Shown: one piece after another, positions 10,505-20,435 of the stretch
Position numbering within the stretch: position 1 is the first letter of the stretch
Layout: each line of letters begins with the position of its first letter
From: an uncultured archaeon
GTDB taxonomy: Archaea; Asgardarchaeota; Lokiarchaeia; Sigyniarchaeales; SOKP01
Assembly (NCBI GenBank): GCA_964632315.1
Contig: CAZWEM010000009.1
Span: forward strand, 1 to 64,000
Direction of reading: 5' to 3'
Length of the DNA stretch: 64,000 nucleotides
Translations under genes and position numbers: made by a program
Notes under the pieces: model-generated
The model's input: only the letters and a program-made list of their open reading frames with translations
Database searches by the model: none
What the model was told of the DNA's origin: nothing

Positions 10505-11572
10505 TTATATTTTGGCTGAATTTACGATAAATGCCTTTAATAAATTGATTGTACTTAAAATATCTTCGAGATTTAATAAAGAAGTTGGTGAATGGATATA
10601 CCTACATGGTACTGATACTACCGTACTTGGTACTCCCTGTCTCGATTCTTGAATTTTTCCTGCATCAGTCAAACCATACATGGGTTTTTTAAATTGGAAC
10701 TTGATACCTTGCTTTTTCGCGTTTTCAGTCAATCGCTTATTAACATATCTATTGCAAATTACTGATTTATCTGCTATAGTTATGGCTGGACCTCTTCTTA
10801 GATAAGCTGGATTCTGAGATTCCCTAATTCCTGGAACATCAGCAGCTGTAGTATTTTCAACCGCGATAGCCATCGTAGGTTCTAAAGTATATGCTCCAGG
10901 AACGGTTCCAATGCGACCAAATTCTTCTTGTACGGCAAAATTAAAAACTACGGTGTCCTTTAAATCCAGGTCTTTTAATTCCATTAAGAGATTCAATAGA
11001 ACATTACAGCCAGTTCTATCATCGAATGCTTTTCCTCTCACGAAATTGTTTGGTAATTCTTGGAAAGGAGCAAATAGTGTCCCGATTGATCCAATCCTGA
11101 TTCCCACATTTTCAAGTTCTTCATTGGAAGTCATCCCAATATCAATATACATTTCGAAAACATCAACATTCTTTTTGCGCTCTCCAGGAGTTGATAAGTG
11201 AGGAGGTTTTGATCCAATCAAGCCATGATAAATCTTCCCAGAATCTGATTTTATAATTATTGATTGCCCTAATAAAATTCTTGTATCCCATCCTCCAACT
11301 GGTACAAATCGTAGAAATCCCGTTTTTTCCACGTGAGAAATCATGAATCCAATTTCATCCATATGAGCATCAAATAAAATTCGTTCTCCATCACTTTTCC
11401 CCTTTTTTTTCACTAAAACATTTCCTAGTTTATCTTTCCAAGCTTTATCTGCCAATTTTTCATCTGTGATTAACTTTATAATAAAATCACTCACATCTTC
11501 TTCATTTCCCGAAACCCCTACAATAGAACTTAATTCTTTCTGAAGATCTTTAATACTTTCAAGACTAGTCAT
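10505..11572 (-). CDS. M42 family (TET) aminopeptidase
   Basis: AHMDEIG, GKAFDDRTG, VQEE and RYIHSP motifs. Confidence 0.92.
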   Translation of the reverse strand: MTSLESIKDLQKELSSIVGVSGNEEDVSDFIIKLITDEKLADKAWKDKLGNVLVKKKGKSDGERILFDAHMDEIGFMISHVEKTGFLRFVPVGGWDTRILLGQSIIIKSDSGKIYHGLIGSKPPHLSTPGERKKNVDVFEMYIDIGMTSNEELENVGIRIGSIGTLFAPFQELPNNFVRGKAFDDRTGCNVLLNLLMELKDLDLKDTVVFNFAVQEEFGRIGTVPGAYTLEPTMAIAVENTTAADVPGIRESQNPAYLRRGPAITIADKSVICNRYVNKRLTENAKKQGIKFQFKKPMYGLTDAGKIQESRQGVPSTVVSVPCRYIHSPTSLLNLEDILSTINLLKAFIVNSAKI

Positions 11573-11689
11573 AATTTTAATTTCTGTATCAATAGTTGCT
11601 TTATATTATTTATAGATTTGAATTAGAACACTTAAAATTAATTACTTAAATGATATGAAAAAATTTCACACTTTAGTAGTGGATTAATA

Positions 11690-12235
11690 TTATAACTTTA
11701 ACTTAGATTGATGGACTAATTCTCTGATAATCGCATTAAATGCTTCTAAAACACCTTTTCCCGTTTTAGCTGAAGTGATATAATATCCAAGTAGATTTAG
11801 ATTATTAACAATATCTTGAATTTTCTGGATCTCTAAATCATTTTCCTCTACTAAATCAACCTTATTAGCAAACAACACAATTGGAATGCTTTCGCAATAC
11901 TTCTGGATCTCTTCACACCAATCTCTAATATGGTTAAAACTATCTCTACCTAAGTCATTTTCTTCTAGACTATACACTATAATGGTTGCTTTACTTTCTT
12001 TGTAAAAAATAGGTTTCAAAAAGTTGAAATCATCTTGTCCAGCAATATCCCAGAAGATTAAATTGATAATGTCATCATTAATTTCCGTATCAAACCTCGA
12101 GAACTGTGCTCCTATGGTTTTAATATAATCCCTTTCAAACGTACCCTTTGTAAATTTTTTAATTAATGATGTTTTACCGACTGCGCCGTCTCCTATTATC
12201 GTTACTTTGAACCCTAATTCCTCACGATTGCTCAT
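11690..12235 (-). CDS. Rab/Ras-like small GTPase
   Basis: GDGAVGKTS (G1), TIG, WDIAGQ (G3), NKVD (G4), TSAK (G5); no C-terminal Cys prenylation motif. Confidence 0.92.
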   Translation of the reverse strand: MSNREELGFKVTIIGDGAVGKTSLIKKFTKGTFERDYIKTIGAQFSRFDTEINDDIINLIFWDIAGQDDFNFLKPIFYKESKATIIVYSLEENDLGRDSFNHIRDWCEEIQKYCESIPIVLFANKVDLVEENDLEIQKIQDIVNNLNLLGYYITSAKTGKGVLEAFNAIIRELVHQSKLKL

Positions 12236-12339
12236 GGAATCCTAAAGTTATCTCTTATCTTTAAATTAAAATTAAAAACAGTGTAATATAAAGTTTTTCT
12301 TAGATAATTCTGAAAGAAATAGAATTTCTTGATTTAAAT

Positions 12340-14307
12340 CTATATTTTTTCAATAATAACATTTTTTTCCACAAATGTATCTACTATTAAGGTATCCAGA
12401 GGGGGAATTTCATTCATCTTGACGATTTTATTCCTTTCAACGCTTTTTATTAATTTCTGCCAGATTTCTTCTTTCTTTTGGATATTCTGCATAAAATATT
12501 TTATTCTTTGATGAGCATAATATGAATCCCCTTTAAAAATGTAAATTATAAAGAAAGGAGAAATTGATTTCATTAGAAGAGTGTATTCACCAAACATGGC
12601 ACGATCAAGACCTTCAGAAAAGACTTCCTTGATAAAATAATCTATAGTGGTTATAAAACCACCAAATATATGGGATTCAAAGGGTTTTTGTTCGATAAAG
12701 TAATGCGAAAATACAGAAGTTCCTCCCTCCGATAAAATCAATAAATTGATAGGTTCTTCATCTTTTATATGAAGAGTTTCATTTCTACGGTTTAAAATCA
12801 TATTTTCAATTTGCTTATCTAAATTAACTAATTCAAGTTTTTTGTTTATAGGGGCGTTAGCTACTGAAAGTTGCTCCCATATTTCTAAATTTCTAAGCAA
12901 AATGTCATGTTCCACAGAAATTTTACCAGCTAATAAGGTTAGATTATATTTTTCAGCCATTTCTTGGGCTTCAGTTAATATTTTTCTGGCTTTTTTCAAA
13001 TCAGCTTTCAACAAAGCTAATTTTGCTAATAAAAGATAAGTTTCAGCTAAAATCCAAAATGAACCGATTTTTTCAGCAATAATAATTAACTTATCAAGTA
13101 ATGGGTTTAATTCCTCTAAGACTTTCATGTTAAAATTAATGCGAAATTCGTCTAACAACAGGTCGCAAAGATTTAGGAGAGTTTTAAGTAATAATTCTCC
13201 TGGAAGCTTTTCAATTTGAGCTATCTCTCCAAAAATAGCTTGAGCTTTTGCTCGATTTTGAATTCTGTTACTTGATTTTAAGATGAGTGCCTCTGAAAAC
13301 CGAACGTAGAGAGGGGCTAATTCATTTTCCTCTTTCTCAGCAAATGTTTTCAATGAATTTAAGTGAACATATGCTTCTTCAATTCTACCCATTAAAACAT
13401 TTACCTCAATAATGCTTGTTATTGTTGTCATTAATATATAAGGGTTTTTCACTTTTGTAGCAAACTCAAATGCATTTTTAAGAAATTCTAATGCTTTATT
13501 GAGATCTCCTTGTTGACTATGAATCATTGCAATATTGTTAAAAATAGACATCTTGATCATTAAAATATTAGTATTATCAAGTGCTTGTTCATGAAACATT
13601 AAGGCTTGGTTAAGTTCACCCTTCATGATACATATGCAACCCAAAGTCACTAAATTTAAAGCAAGTAGAGGTTTATTATCTAATTCATATAATAGAAGTT
13701 GGCATTGTTTAGTATGATACATTGCTAAATTCAGATCTATATTAAAAAACGTATAATATGAACCTAATTGATAGTTTGATCTAGCTATGATCTGCTTATC
13801 ATTAATAGGCTCACCTATTTTTAAAGCACTTCTTGCAGATTCATAAACTTGTTCAGTCTTCCCTTGTTGAACGTATCCACATCCTCTACTAATATACAGC
13901 ATTGCTTTATACTTATTTTGCTGTTTTTCAGTGAGATCTGGAAGATTTATTAAAATATCCTCTGCTTCATCAATATATTGAAATCCTAGTTCAATGTTGC
14001 CTAACCAACTGGTTGAATATCCCATAATGAGGAGTGCTTCAAGTAGATTAGAAGTTTTTCCTTGATTACGGTATCCACGATATGATTTTTTTGCGAATTT
14101 TAATGCTTCTGGATAATCTCCTATACCATTTAATGCGGTCGCTCTATAAAGGTGGGATAAGTTTAGGTCTGATTTTGACAATTCCTCATTTGATTCAAGC
14201 TCATTTAAAAATCTAATTGCTTCTGGATATTTATATTGCTCTATCGCAAGACATACTTGCTCGAATAGCTTGTTACCCATAATAATCTTCCTTTTATTAG
14301 ATTTCAA
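12340..14307 (-). CDS. TPR-repeat protein with C-terminal longin/roadblock-like domain
   Basis: Many TPR-like helices (e.g. NNIAMIHSQQGDLNKALEFLKNA); C-terminal LLILSEGGTSVFSHYF...FGGFITTIDYF; start may be the ATG at 14280. Confidence 0.7.
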   Translation of the reverse strand: MKSNKRKIIMGNKLFEQVCLAIEQYKYPEAIRFLNELESNEELSKSDLNLSHLYRATALNGIGDYPEALKFAKKSYRGYRNQGKTSNLLEALLIMGYSTSWLGNIELGFQYIDEAEDILINLPDLTEKQQNKYKAMLYISRGCGYVQQGKTEQVYESARSALKIGEPINDKQIIARSNYQLGSYYTFFNIDLNLAMYHTKQCQLLLYELDNKPLLALNLVTLGCICIMKGELNQALMFHEQALDNTNILMIKMSIFNNIAMIHSQQGDLNKALEFLKNAFEFATKVKNPYILMTTITSIIEVNVLMGRIEEAYVHLNSLKTFAEKEENELAPLYVRFSEALILKSSNRIQNRAKAQAIFGEIAQIEKLPGELLLKTLLNLCDLLLDEFRINFNMKVLEELNPLLDKLIIIAEKIGSFWILAETYLLLAKLALLKADLKKARKILTEAQEMAEKYNLTLLAGKISVEHDILLRNLEIWEQLSVANAPINKKLELVNLDKQIENMILNRRNETLHIKDEEPINLLILSEGGTSVFSHYFIEQKPFESHIFGGFITTIDYFIKEVFSEGLDRAMFGEYTLLMKSISPFFIIYIFKGDSYYAHQRIKYFMQNIQKKEEIWQKLIKSVERNKIVKMNEIPPLDTLIVDTFVEKNVIIEKI

Positions 14308-14478
14308 TCTTAATGAATTTATGAATACTTATTCAAAAAACTTATGAAAATATAAACTTATGTTTTGGATTGAAATGGTTAATACTAAAAAACCTAGTGT
14401 AGAATTCTAATTAAACCCATACAAGTTAGTTAGATTATCATTAAAAAATATTTAAAAATAGAAATGAAAATAAAAAAA

Positions 14479-17400
14479 TTAGATAATTCTTCTTTTTTTT
14501 GTAATATGTAATAGTAGATAGACTCCTGATATTCCTACTGTAAGTAATAGCAATAAAATATCATATCCTGGAATTCCTGGTGGTGCTGTTCCACTCTCGG
14601 ACGATACAAAGACTTCTATCGTTGCTGTACAGTAATTGCCCCACGGATCATAAGCTCTAATTTCAATCGAGTAGGTTCCTACCGAAAGCGTTCCGATGCT
14701 TGTTATGAGTCCATTATTATCGATTTGAAAATTTGAAGTATCACTAATCCAATAATAATCAATCCCCGAGAGATCAGATGCGTTCACGTTATATTTAAAT
14801 GTATTCTCCATATCAATCAGTTGATCGGTTGGTAATTCGATCCAAATAGGATTTGTGGTGTCTACAACCGTGATTTTTATGATGCTATTTGTAATGAGTC
14901 CAATGGTATCATTTACACTAATTTCAAGCCAATATGTTTTAACGGTTAGATACGAGCAGTTTGTGATCAATCCATTAACATTGATATGGAAAGTGCTTGT
15001 ATCGTTAATCCAGTACGTATCGATTCCAGACGGATCCCACGCACTAACATCATAACTTAAGGATGTACCATATTCAAGATCTTGGTCTTCGGGCAAATAT
15101 ACCCAATCTGGTGGGGTTGTATCTTGGATCGTGACTTTAATTACTGTAGAATTCACATTTCCAAGAGTATCATTCACGCTTATCTTCAGCCAATAGATTC
15201 CAACAGGAATTTCAATAAGATGAGTAATTAATCCATCATTATTAATCTGAAAGTAGGTGCTATCGTTTATCCAGTATGAATCAATCCCCGAAATATCCAC
15301 CGCATTCACGCTGTAAGCAAAGTTAGTACCAAATTCATCTATTTGATTCGACGGAAGTGGGTCCCAGTTTGGAGGTAAGGATGGTTCAACGTTGATTCTT
15401 ATAGTGGTCGAAAGGAGGTTATCATAAGTATCATTAACTGATATTTCAAGCCAATATTCTCCCGCAAAGAGCGTTGTGATATTATGTATCATGCCATTTG
15501 CATCAATCATAAAATTGCTTGTATTATTGATCCAATAAGTATCAATTCCAGAAGTATCAGACGTATTTACATCATAGAAAAATGGGATTCCAAATTCGAG
15601 AGTCTGATTGCTGAGCATTTGGTCCCAGGTTGGAGGATGATTCTCACCAGGACCATCGTCCCAAATTGGATATCTGTCTTGGCTTTCTGCGCTTCCAGTG
15701 ATATTATATGGAATATCTCCGATTCCATCATCGTCTAAATCCACGCCTGAATATACGTCCCAATAATCACTCCAGTAATTCCCTATTGATCCATCATCCC
15801 ATTGATTATTTATCCCATCGTCATAAGCTTGAACTGCATTATCTATGATTTCGTTTAAGAATATTATGGTTCCATTTGTATGCAATAAATAAATACCTCT
15901 TGAGGATGAATTAAAAACAATGTTTTCAGATATAACATTTAGCGGACCTGATTCATACAAATAAATCCCGTAATACAAATTTGAGGAACAATTATTCTTT
16001 AGGATTTTATTTTTGTCCGAATATCTTAAGGAAATTCCGCGATAGATGTTCATAATGCAGTCATTTTCGGAGATTGTGTTGTTACTTGATGAAACGAATT
16101 CAATCCCTTCATGATTTAAATTACATAGATTTCCTGAAATAGTATTATTGATAGAGGAATCCAAAAAAATTCCTTTGTCATTCGAGAAACATTTGTTCTC
16201 TGAGATAATGATCATTTCTGAAGAGGCTAAAGAAATTCCATAATCTAGATTCAATGAGCAAAAGTTATTTGAAATCGTGTTTGTATTGGAGGAATGTATA
16301 AAGATACCATGATGTGAATTTGAGGAGCAGTTATTTGCCGAAATGATATTATTAGATGAGTACGATATCCTTATTCCATACCAATAATTTAAAGAGCAGT
16401 CATTATGTATGATTTCTGAATTGTTAGACCTGAATATGACAATACCTTGACTATTCGAAAAGCATGTATTTTTTGACACGGTATTATTGTTTGATAAACC
16501 TAAATTTATTGCCACATCACCATTTGAAGAGCATTCACATTCAGAAATAGTGGTAAAGTTTGAATTATACCCACTAATACCATATTCGTTTAAGGAGCAG
16601 TTATTCAATGAGATGAAATTCTCGTTTGAGTTAAGTAATCGGATCCCTTCGATTGAGTTTGAGGTGCAGTTATTTAGCGATATTATATTGTGAGGTGCAT
16701 AAAATAAATAAATTCCTCGATAGTTTAAGTAGTATGTATTCCCCACGATTGTATTATTGAGCGAATGAAATAAATCAATCCCATGATGTCCATTTAAAGA
16801 ACAAAGATTATTTGCGATGGTGTTATTATTTGAAAGATAAATATATATTCCGTGATCTTCGTTGGAGAAACAGGTGTTCCTTGAGATTGTATTATTAGTG
16901 CTCGAAGACTCCAACTCAATCCCATCATTATCATTAAATCTACAATCATTATTAGAAATCAGGCTATTATTAGAATTTACTAAATTTATTCCACTATTAT
17001 CATTTGAATAACAGTTATTCTCTGTGATTTCATTATTACTACTTATTTGAACCAAATAAATACCATCAAGGAGATTAAATGAACAATTATTCCCCAAGAC
17101 TATATTATTTTTTGTTGATTCTAATCGAATTCCATACTGTTGGTTAGAAGAACAATTATTTCTTGAGATTAGATTATAATTACTCGAGGAATATACATGT
17201 ATCCCGTGACGAATGTTAGAGGAGCAGTCATTTTCCGAGAATATGTTATTACTTGAGGAATCTAATTCAATCCCATACAGCCCATTCGAAGAACAATTGT
17301 TTCGTAAGAATCTATTATCATCATTCGATAATTTCAAATGAATTCCTACCCAATCATTTGCGGAGCAATCATTTTCAATGAATGTATTATTGCTTGAGGA

Positions 17401-20247
17401 GTACAACCGTATTCCATAACGACCATTAGCAGAGCAATTATTTCCCGAGACCGTGTTATTATGCGATTGGATCAGGTGAACTCCTGCAAAAGTGCTAGAA
17501 AATGCATTTTTATTGATTTCTCCGTTATTGCAATGATCTAAATAGACCCCTCCTCTATCAAGTTGAATACCTGAATTAAAAAGGGTGCAATTTTCAATCA
17601 CGAAAAATACGTCAGAATCCCTGATTTTAATGCAACTACTTGTACCCATTCCATCAATAGTTACGTTCGCAATCACGTAAGGATCGATTTCAGTGCCACT
17701 TCCAGAACACCATGGTTGATATGCTGCCCACGTCCAATTATGTGCTCCGACCCCCGTAGCATCACCGTCTATGAATATTGGATTCAAGACATAAAAGAAC
17801 CAGATCGGCAAATGATCAATCCCTCCACCAGTTCCACTTATTGAATATGGAGTGTCTCCAATGCCATCTAAATCAGAATCAGAACCAGTATAATCGTCCC
17901 AGTAATTTCCAATAAATCCATTATCCCAGTAATTGTCAGTTCCGTCGTCATATGCGTTTTGATCATTGTCTACTAAGTAATTCCGATAGATTGTGTTGTT
18001 ATGAACATTGGTATCGTCTAGATTAACTCCATAACGAGAGGATTTTTGAATTTCATTGGAATAAATCTCATTATAGCGACAATTATCTAATAGTCGGATC
18101 CCATCATAAGTGGTGTTGTAAATGAGGTTATCATGGATTTCACAAAATGCTGTTTGTTCCGATCGAATTCCAAAATTCCATGAATCTCTGATAATATTAT
18201 TAGTTATAATGGAATAATGCCCGTGTTTTAAACTAATCCCTATTTGGTTTGACTCAAAAATGTTACCCATAACTGTGGTATGCTCAGTAGCATGGATTCG
18301 AATCCCTGTTAAACAGCCTTGAATCGTATTATTTGAAAAAGTATTATAATTGCTATTTAAGAGATATATTGCAAAGTTTCCAGAAGAATTTGCAATCCAG
18401 TTATCAATTATGATATTATTTTCACTGGAAACTCTAATTGAAATCGCAGCATTTTGATTCTCATGCATGATATTTCCTTTTATAATATTATTATTACAAT
18501 TCTCATACAAGATAATGCCGATGTGACCATTATTTGAACAATTATTCTCAAGGATGAGGGAATTATTGACATGATCCAAATGAATAGCAGCTTTATAATC
18601 TAGGGGCGATGCGTTATATAAAGTAGAATTGCGTATTATGAACGGTACGTTGGAATTCTGGATTTCTATGCAGTTGTCAGTTCCTTGACCATCTATGATC
18701 ACGTCGCTAATGATATAAGGATCATTCCAAGTTCCACTACCTTCACACCATGGTTGATTTGCTGCCCAAGTCCAATTATGAGCACCAACGCCCGTAGCAT
18801 CATCATCTATGAATATGGGATTTAAATTGTAAAAGAACCAAATTGGAAAGTGATCAATCGCTCCACCGATACCATTTATTACATAAGGATCGTCACCAAT
18901 GCCATCTAAATCCGCATCAGAGCCAGCGTAATCATCCCAGAAATTTCCTATAAATCCATTATCCCAGTAATTATCCGTTCCATTATCGCAAGCTTGTTCG
19001 CCATTATTTAATATTTCATTTCTATAAATCGTGTTATTATGGCTATTACTGGTTTCAATTAAAATGCCAAAATTAGATGAATTTTTGATTTCATTAGAAT
19101 AGATTTCATTATGATGACTGTTTTCTATTAACTGGATTCCGTTATTAATTGAACTTAATATTTTATTTTCATAGATTTCACTATATTCAGTATTATACAA
19201 ACGAATTCCATTTTCTCCGCACAAAGAACAGTCATTGTCAACAATAGTATGATTGCTTGAGCTGTGTATATAAACCCCATGAACTCCATTGGAAGAACAG
19301 TTATTTTCCGAGACAAGATTATCGTTCGAAAAATATAATAAAATTCCTGCTTCACCGTTTGATGAGCAATCATTATCAATAATAGTGTTATAACTAGAAG
19401 GATACAAAACGAGACCTGCTCCTGCGTTTGATGAGCAATCATTCCCTGAAATCGTGGTATAATTACTTGATGAATATAACATTATGCCCTCATCAGTGTT
19501 TGAGGAGCAATCATTATCTAAAATTGTATTATTGTTTGAACCAATAACGTAAATCCCATAATTATTCAGTGAACAGTTATTTTCTATAATATTGTTACTA
19601 TCCGAAAAGTACAAATAAATCCCGTACACATTTGAGTTACAAACATTCTCTAAAACAGTATTGTTACTTGAGTAAAGTAATGCAATTCCCACTTCTCCAT
19701 AATAGGAACAATTGTTGCCAATAATAACGTTATTAATTGAAGAGTCCAAGAAAATCCCATATTGGTTATCAAATATTATATTATTCCGAAGTTCCACATT
19801 TTTGCTATTCTTCAAATAGATACCCCCATAGGGAATTGTAGTATTGAAAAGAGTGCAATTTTCAATCACTAAAAATACATTAGAGTCTTCTATCAAAATA
19901 CAGCTACTGCTACTCATTCCATCTATTTTTAAATTCATTATTACATAAGGATCTAGTTCAGTTCCACTTCCGCTACACCACGGTTGATTTACCGCCCATG
20001 ACCAGTTATGAGCACCGAACCCCGTTGCATCTCCATCAATGGCAATGGCAGTCATTGAATTACTGTAATATGCTCCCTTAAATTGAGGTTCTTGATATTG
20101 ATTTACTTCCTGTTTATTTAAAATGTTAGATTGCATTAATGGGGAGAATATCTCCAATAAACCGCATAAAAGGAGTCCTAACGCTAAAAATCGTAGTATT
20201 TTCTTTTTATTTTTTTTGTTGTAAGTTTTCATGAAAAGTTCAGTCAA
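14479..20247 (-). CDS. Large surface protein with parallel beta-helix (NosD/pectin-lyase-like) repeats, Ig/cadherin-like repeats and an IPGY-TM sorting tail
   Basis: Signal-like N-terminus, GIxLxxSxNNxIxxNxCxxN repeats, C-terminal IPGY + TM + KKRR. Confidence 0.85.
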   Translation of the reverse strand: MTELFMKTYNKKNKKKILRFLALGLLLCGLLEIFSPLMQSNILNKQEVNQYQEPQFKGAYYSNSMTAIAIDGDATGFGAHNWSWAVNQPWCSGSGTELDPYVIMNLKIDGMSSSSCILIEDSNVFLVIENCTLFNTTIPYGGIYLKNSKNVELRNNIIFDNQYGIFLDSSINNVIIGNNCSYYGEVGIALLYSSNNTVLENVCNSNVYGIYLYFSDSNNIIENNCSLNNYGIYVIGSNNNTILDNDCSSNTDEGIMLYSSSNYTTISGNDCSSNAGAGLVLYPSSYNTIIDNDCSSNGEAGILLYFSNDNLVSENNCSSNGVHGVYIHSSSNHTIVDNDCSLCGENGIRLYNTEYSEIYENKILSSINNGIQLIENSHHNEIYSNEIKNSSNFGILIETSNSHNNTIYRNEILNNGEQACDNGTDNYWDNGFIGNFWDDYAGSDADLDGIGDDPYVINGIGGAIDHFPIWFFYNLNPIFIDDDATGVGAHNWTWAANQPWCEGSGTWNDPYIISDVIIDGQGTDNCIEIQNSNVPFIIRNSTLYNASPLDYKAAIHLDHVNNSLILENNCSNNGHIGIILYENCNNNIIKGNIMHENQNAAISIRVSSENNIIIDNWIANSSGNFAIYLLNSNYNTFSNNTIQGCLTGIRIHATEHTTVMGNIFESNQIGISLKHGHYSIITNNIIRDSWNFGIRSEQTAFCEIHDNLIYNTTYDGIRLLDNCRYNEIYSNEIQKSSRYGVNLDDTNVHNNTIYRNYLVDNDQNAYDDGTDNYWDNGFIGNYWDDYTGSDSDLDGIGDTPYSISGTGGGIDHLPIWFFYVLNPIFIDGDATGVGAHNWTWAAYQPWCSGSGTEIDPYVIANVTIDGMGTSSCIKIRDSDVFFVIENCTLFNSGIQLDRGGVYLDHCNNGEINKNAFSSTFAGVHLIQSHNNTVSGNNCSANGRYGIRLYSSSNNTFIENDCSANDWVGIHLKLSNDDNRFLRNNCSSNGLYGIELDSSSNNIFSENDCSSNIRHGIHVYSSSNYNLISRNNCSSNQQYGIRLESTKNNIVLGNNCSFNLLDGIYLVQISSNNEITENNCYSNDNSGINLVNSNNSLISNNDCRFNDNDGIELESSSTNNTISRNTCFSNEDHGIYIYLSNNNTIANNLCSLNGHHGIDLFHSLNNTIVGNTYYLNYRGIYLFYAPHNIISLNNCTSNSIEGIRLLNSNENFISLNNCSLNEYGISGYNSNFTTISECECSSNGDVAINLGLSNNNTVSKNTCFSNSQGIVIFRSNNSEIIHNDCSLNYWYGIRISYSSNNIISANNCSSNSHHGIFIHSSNTNTISNNFCSLNLDYGISLASSEMIIISENKCFSNDKGIFLDSSINNTISGNLCNLNHEGIEFVSSSNNTISENDCIMNIYRGISLRYSDKNKILKNNCSSNLYYGIYLYESGPLNVISENIVFNSSSRGIYLLHTNGTIIFLNEIIDNAVQAYDDGINNQWDDGSIGNYWSDYWDVYSGVDLDDDGIGDIPYNITGSAESQDRYPIWDDGPGENHPPTWDQMLSNQTLEFGIPFFYDVNTSDTSGIDTYWINNTSNFMIDANGMIHNITTLFAGEYWLEISVNDTYDNLLSTTIRINVEPSLPPNWDPLPSNQIDEFGTNFAYSVNAVDISGIDSYWINDSTYFQINNDGLITHLIEIPVGIYWLKISVNDTLGNVNSTVIKVTIQDTTPPDWVYLPEDQDLEYGTSLSYDVSAWDPSGIDTYWINDTSTFHINVNGLITNCSYLTVKTYWLEISVNDTIGLITNSIIKITVVDTTNPIWIELPTDQLIDMENTFKYNVNASDLSGIDYYWISDTSNFQIDNNGLITSIGTLSVGTYSIEIRAYDPWGNYCTATIEVFVSSESGTAPPGIPGYDILLLLLTVGISGVYLLLHITKKRRII
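17670..20040 (-). repeat. Three internal copies of an IDxDATGxGAHNWxWAxxQPWCxGSGTxxDPY module
   Basis: Copies at about 19940-20040, 18710-18812 and 17670-17775, similar at protein and DNA level. Confidence 0.8.
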
Positions 20248-20303
20248 CTCTAAATTTTAGATTTGTGTTTGAATTTTGATTGTTGAAAAATCAACTCAGA
20301 ACC

Positions 20304-20370
20304 CTTTTATGGTTGCAGTTCCAATCATTTCATAGAAGTTTTAGCGCTTGGTGGAAGTTACCATAGAAAA
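20304..20370 (-). promoter_or_regulatory. Conserved upstream element, copy 1 (before the beta-helix gene)
   Basis: CTTTTATGGTTGCAGTTCCAATCATTTCATAGAAGTT...GGAAGTT; 32/37 identical to the copy starting at 23688. Confidence 0.7.
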
Positions 20371-20435
20371 AAAAATTTCTTAATGTTATTGGCTAACTTG
20401 TTTGAAAAACTCAAAATAAAATAAAAAAAAAATAG

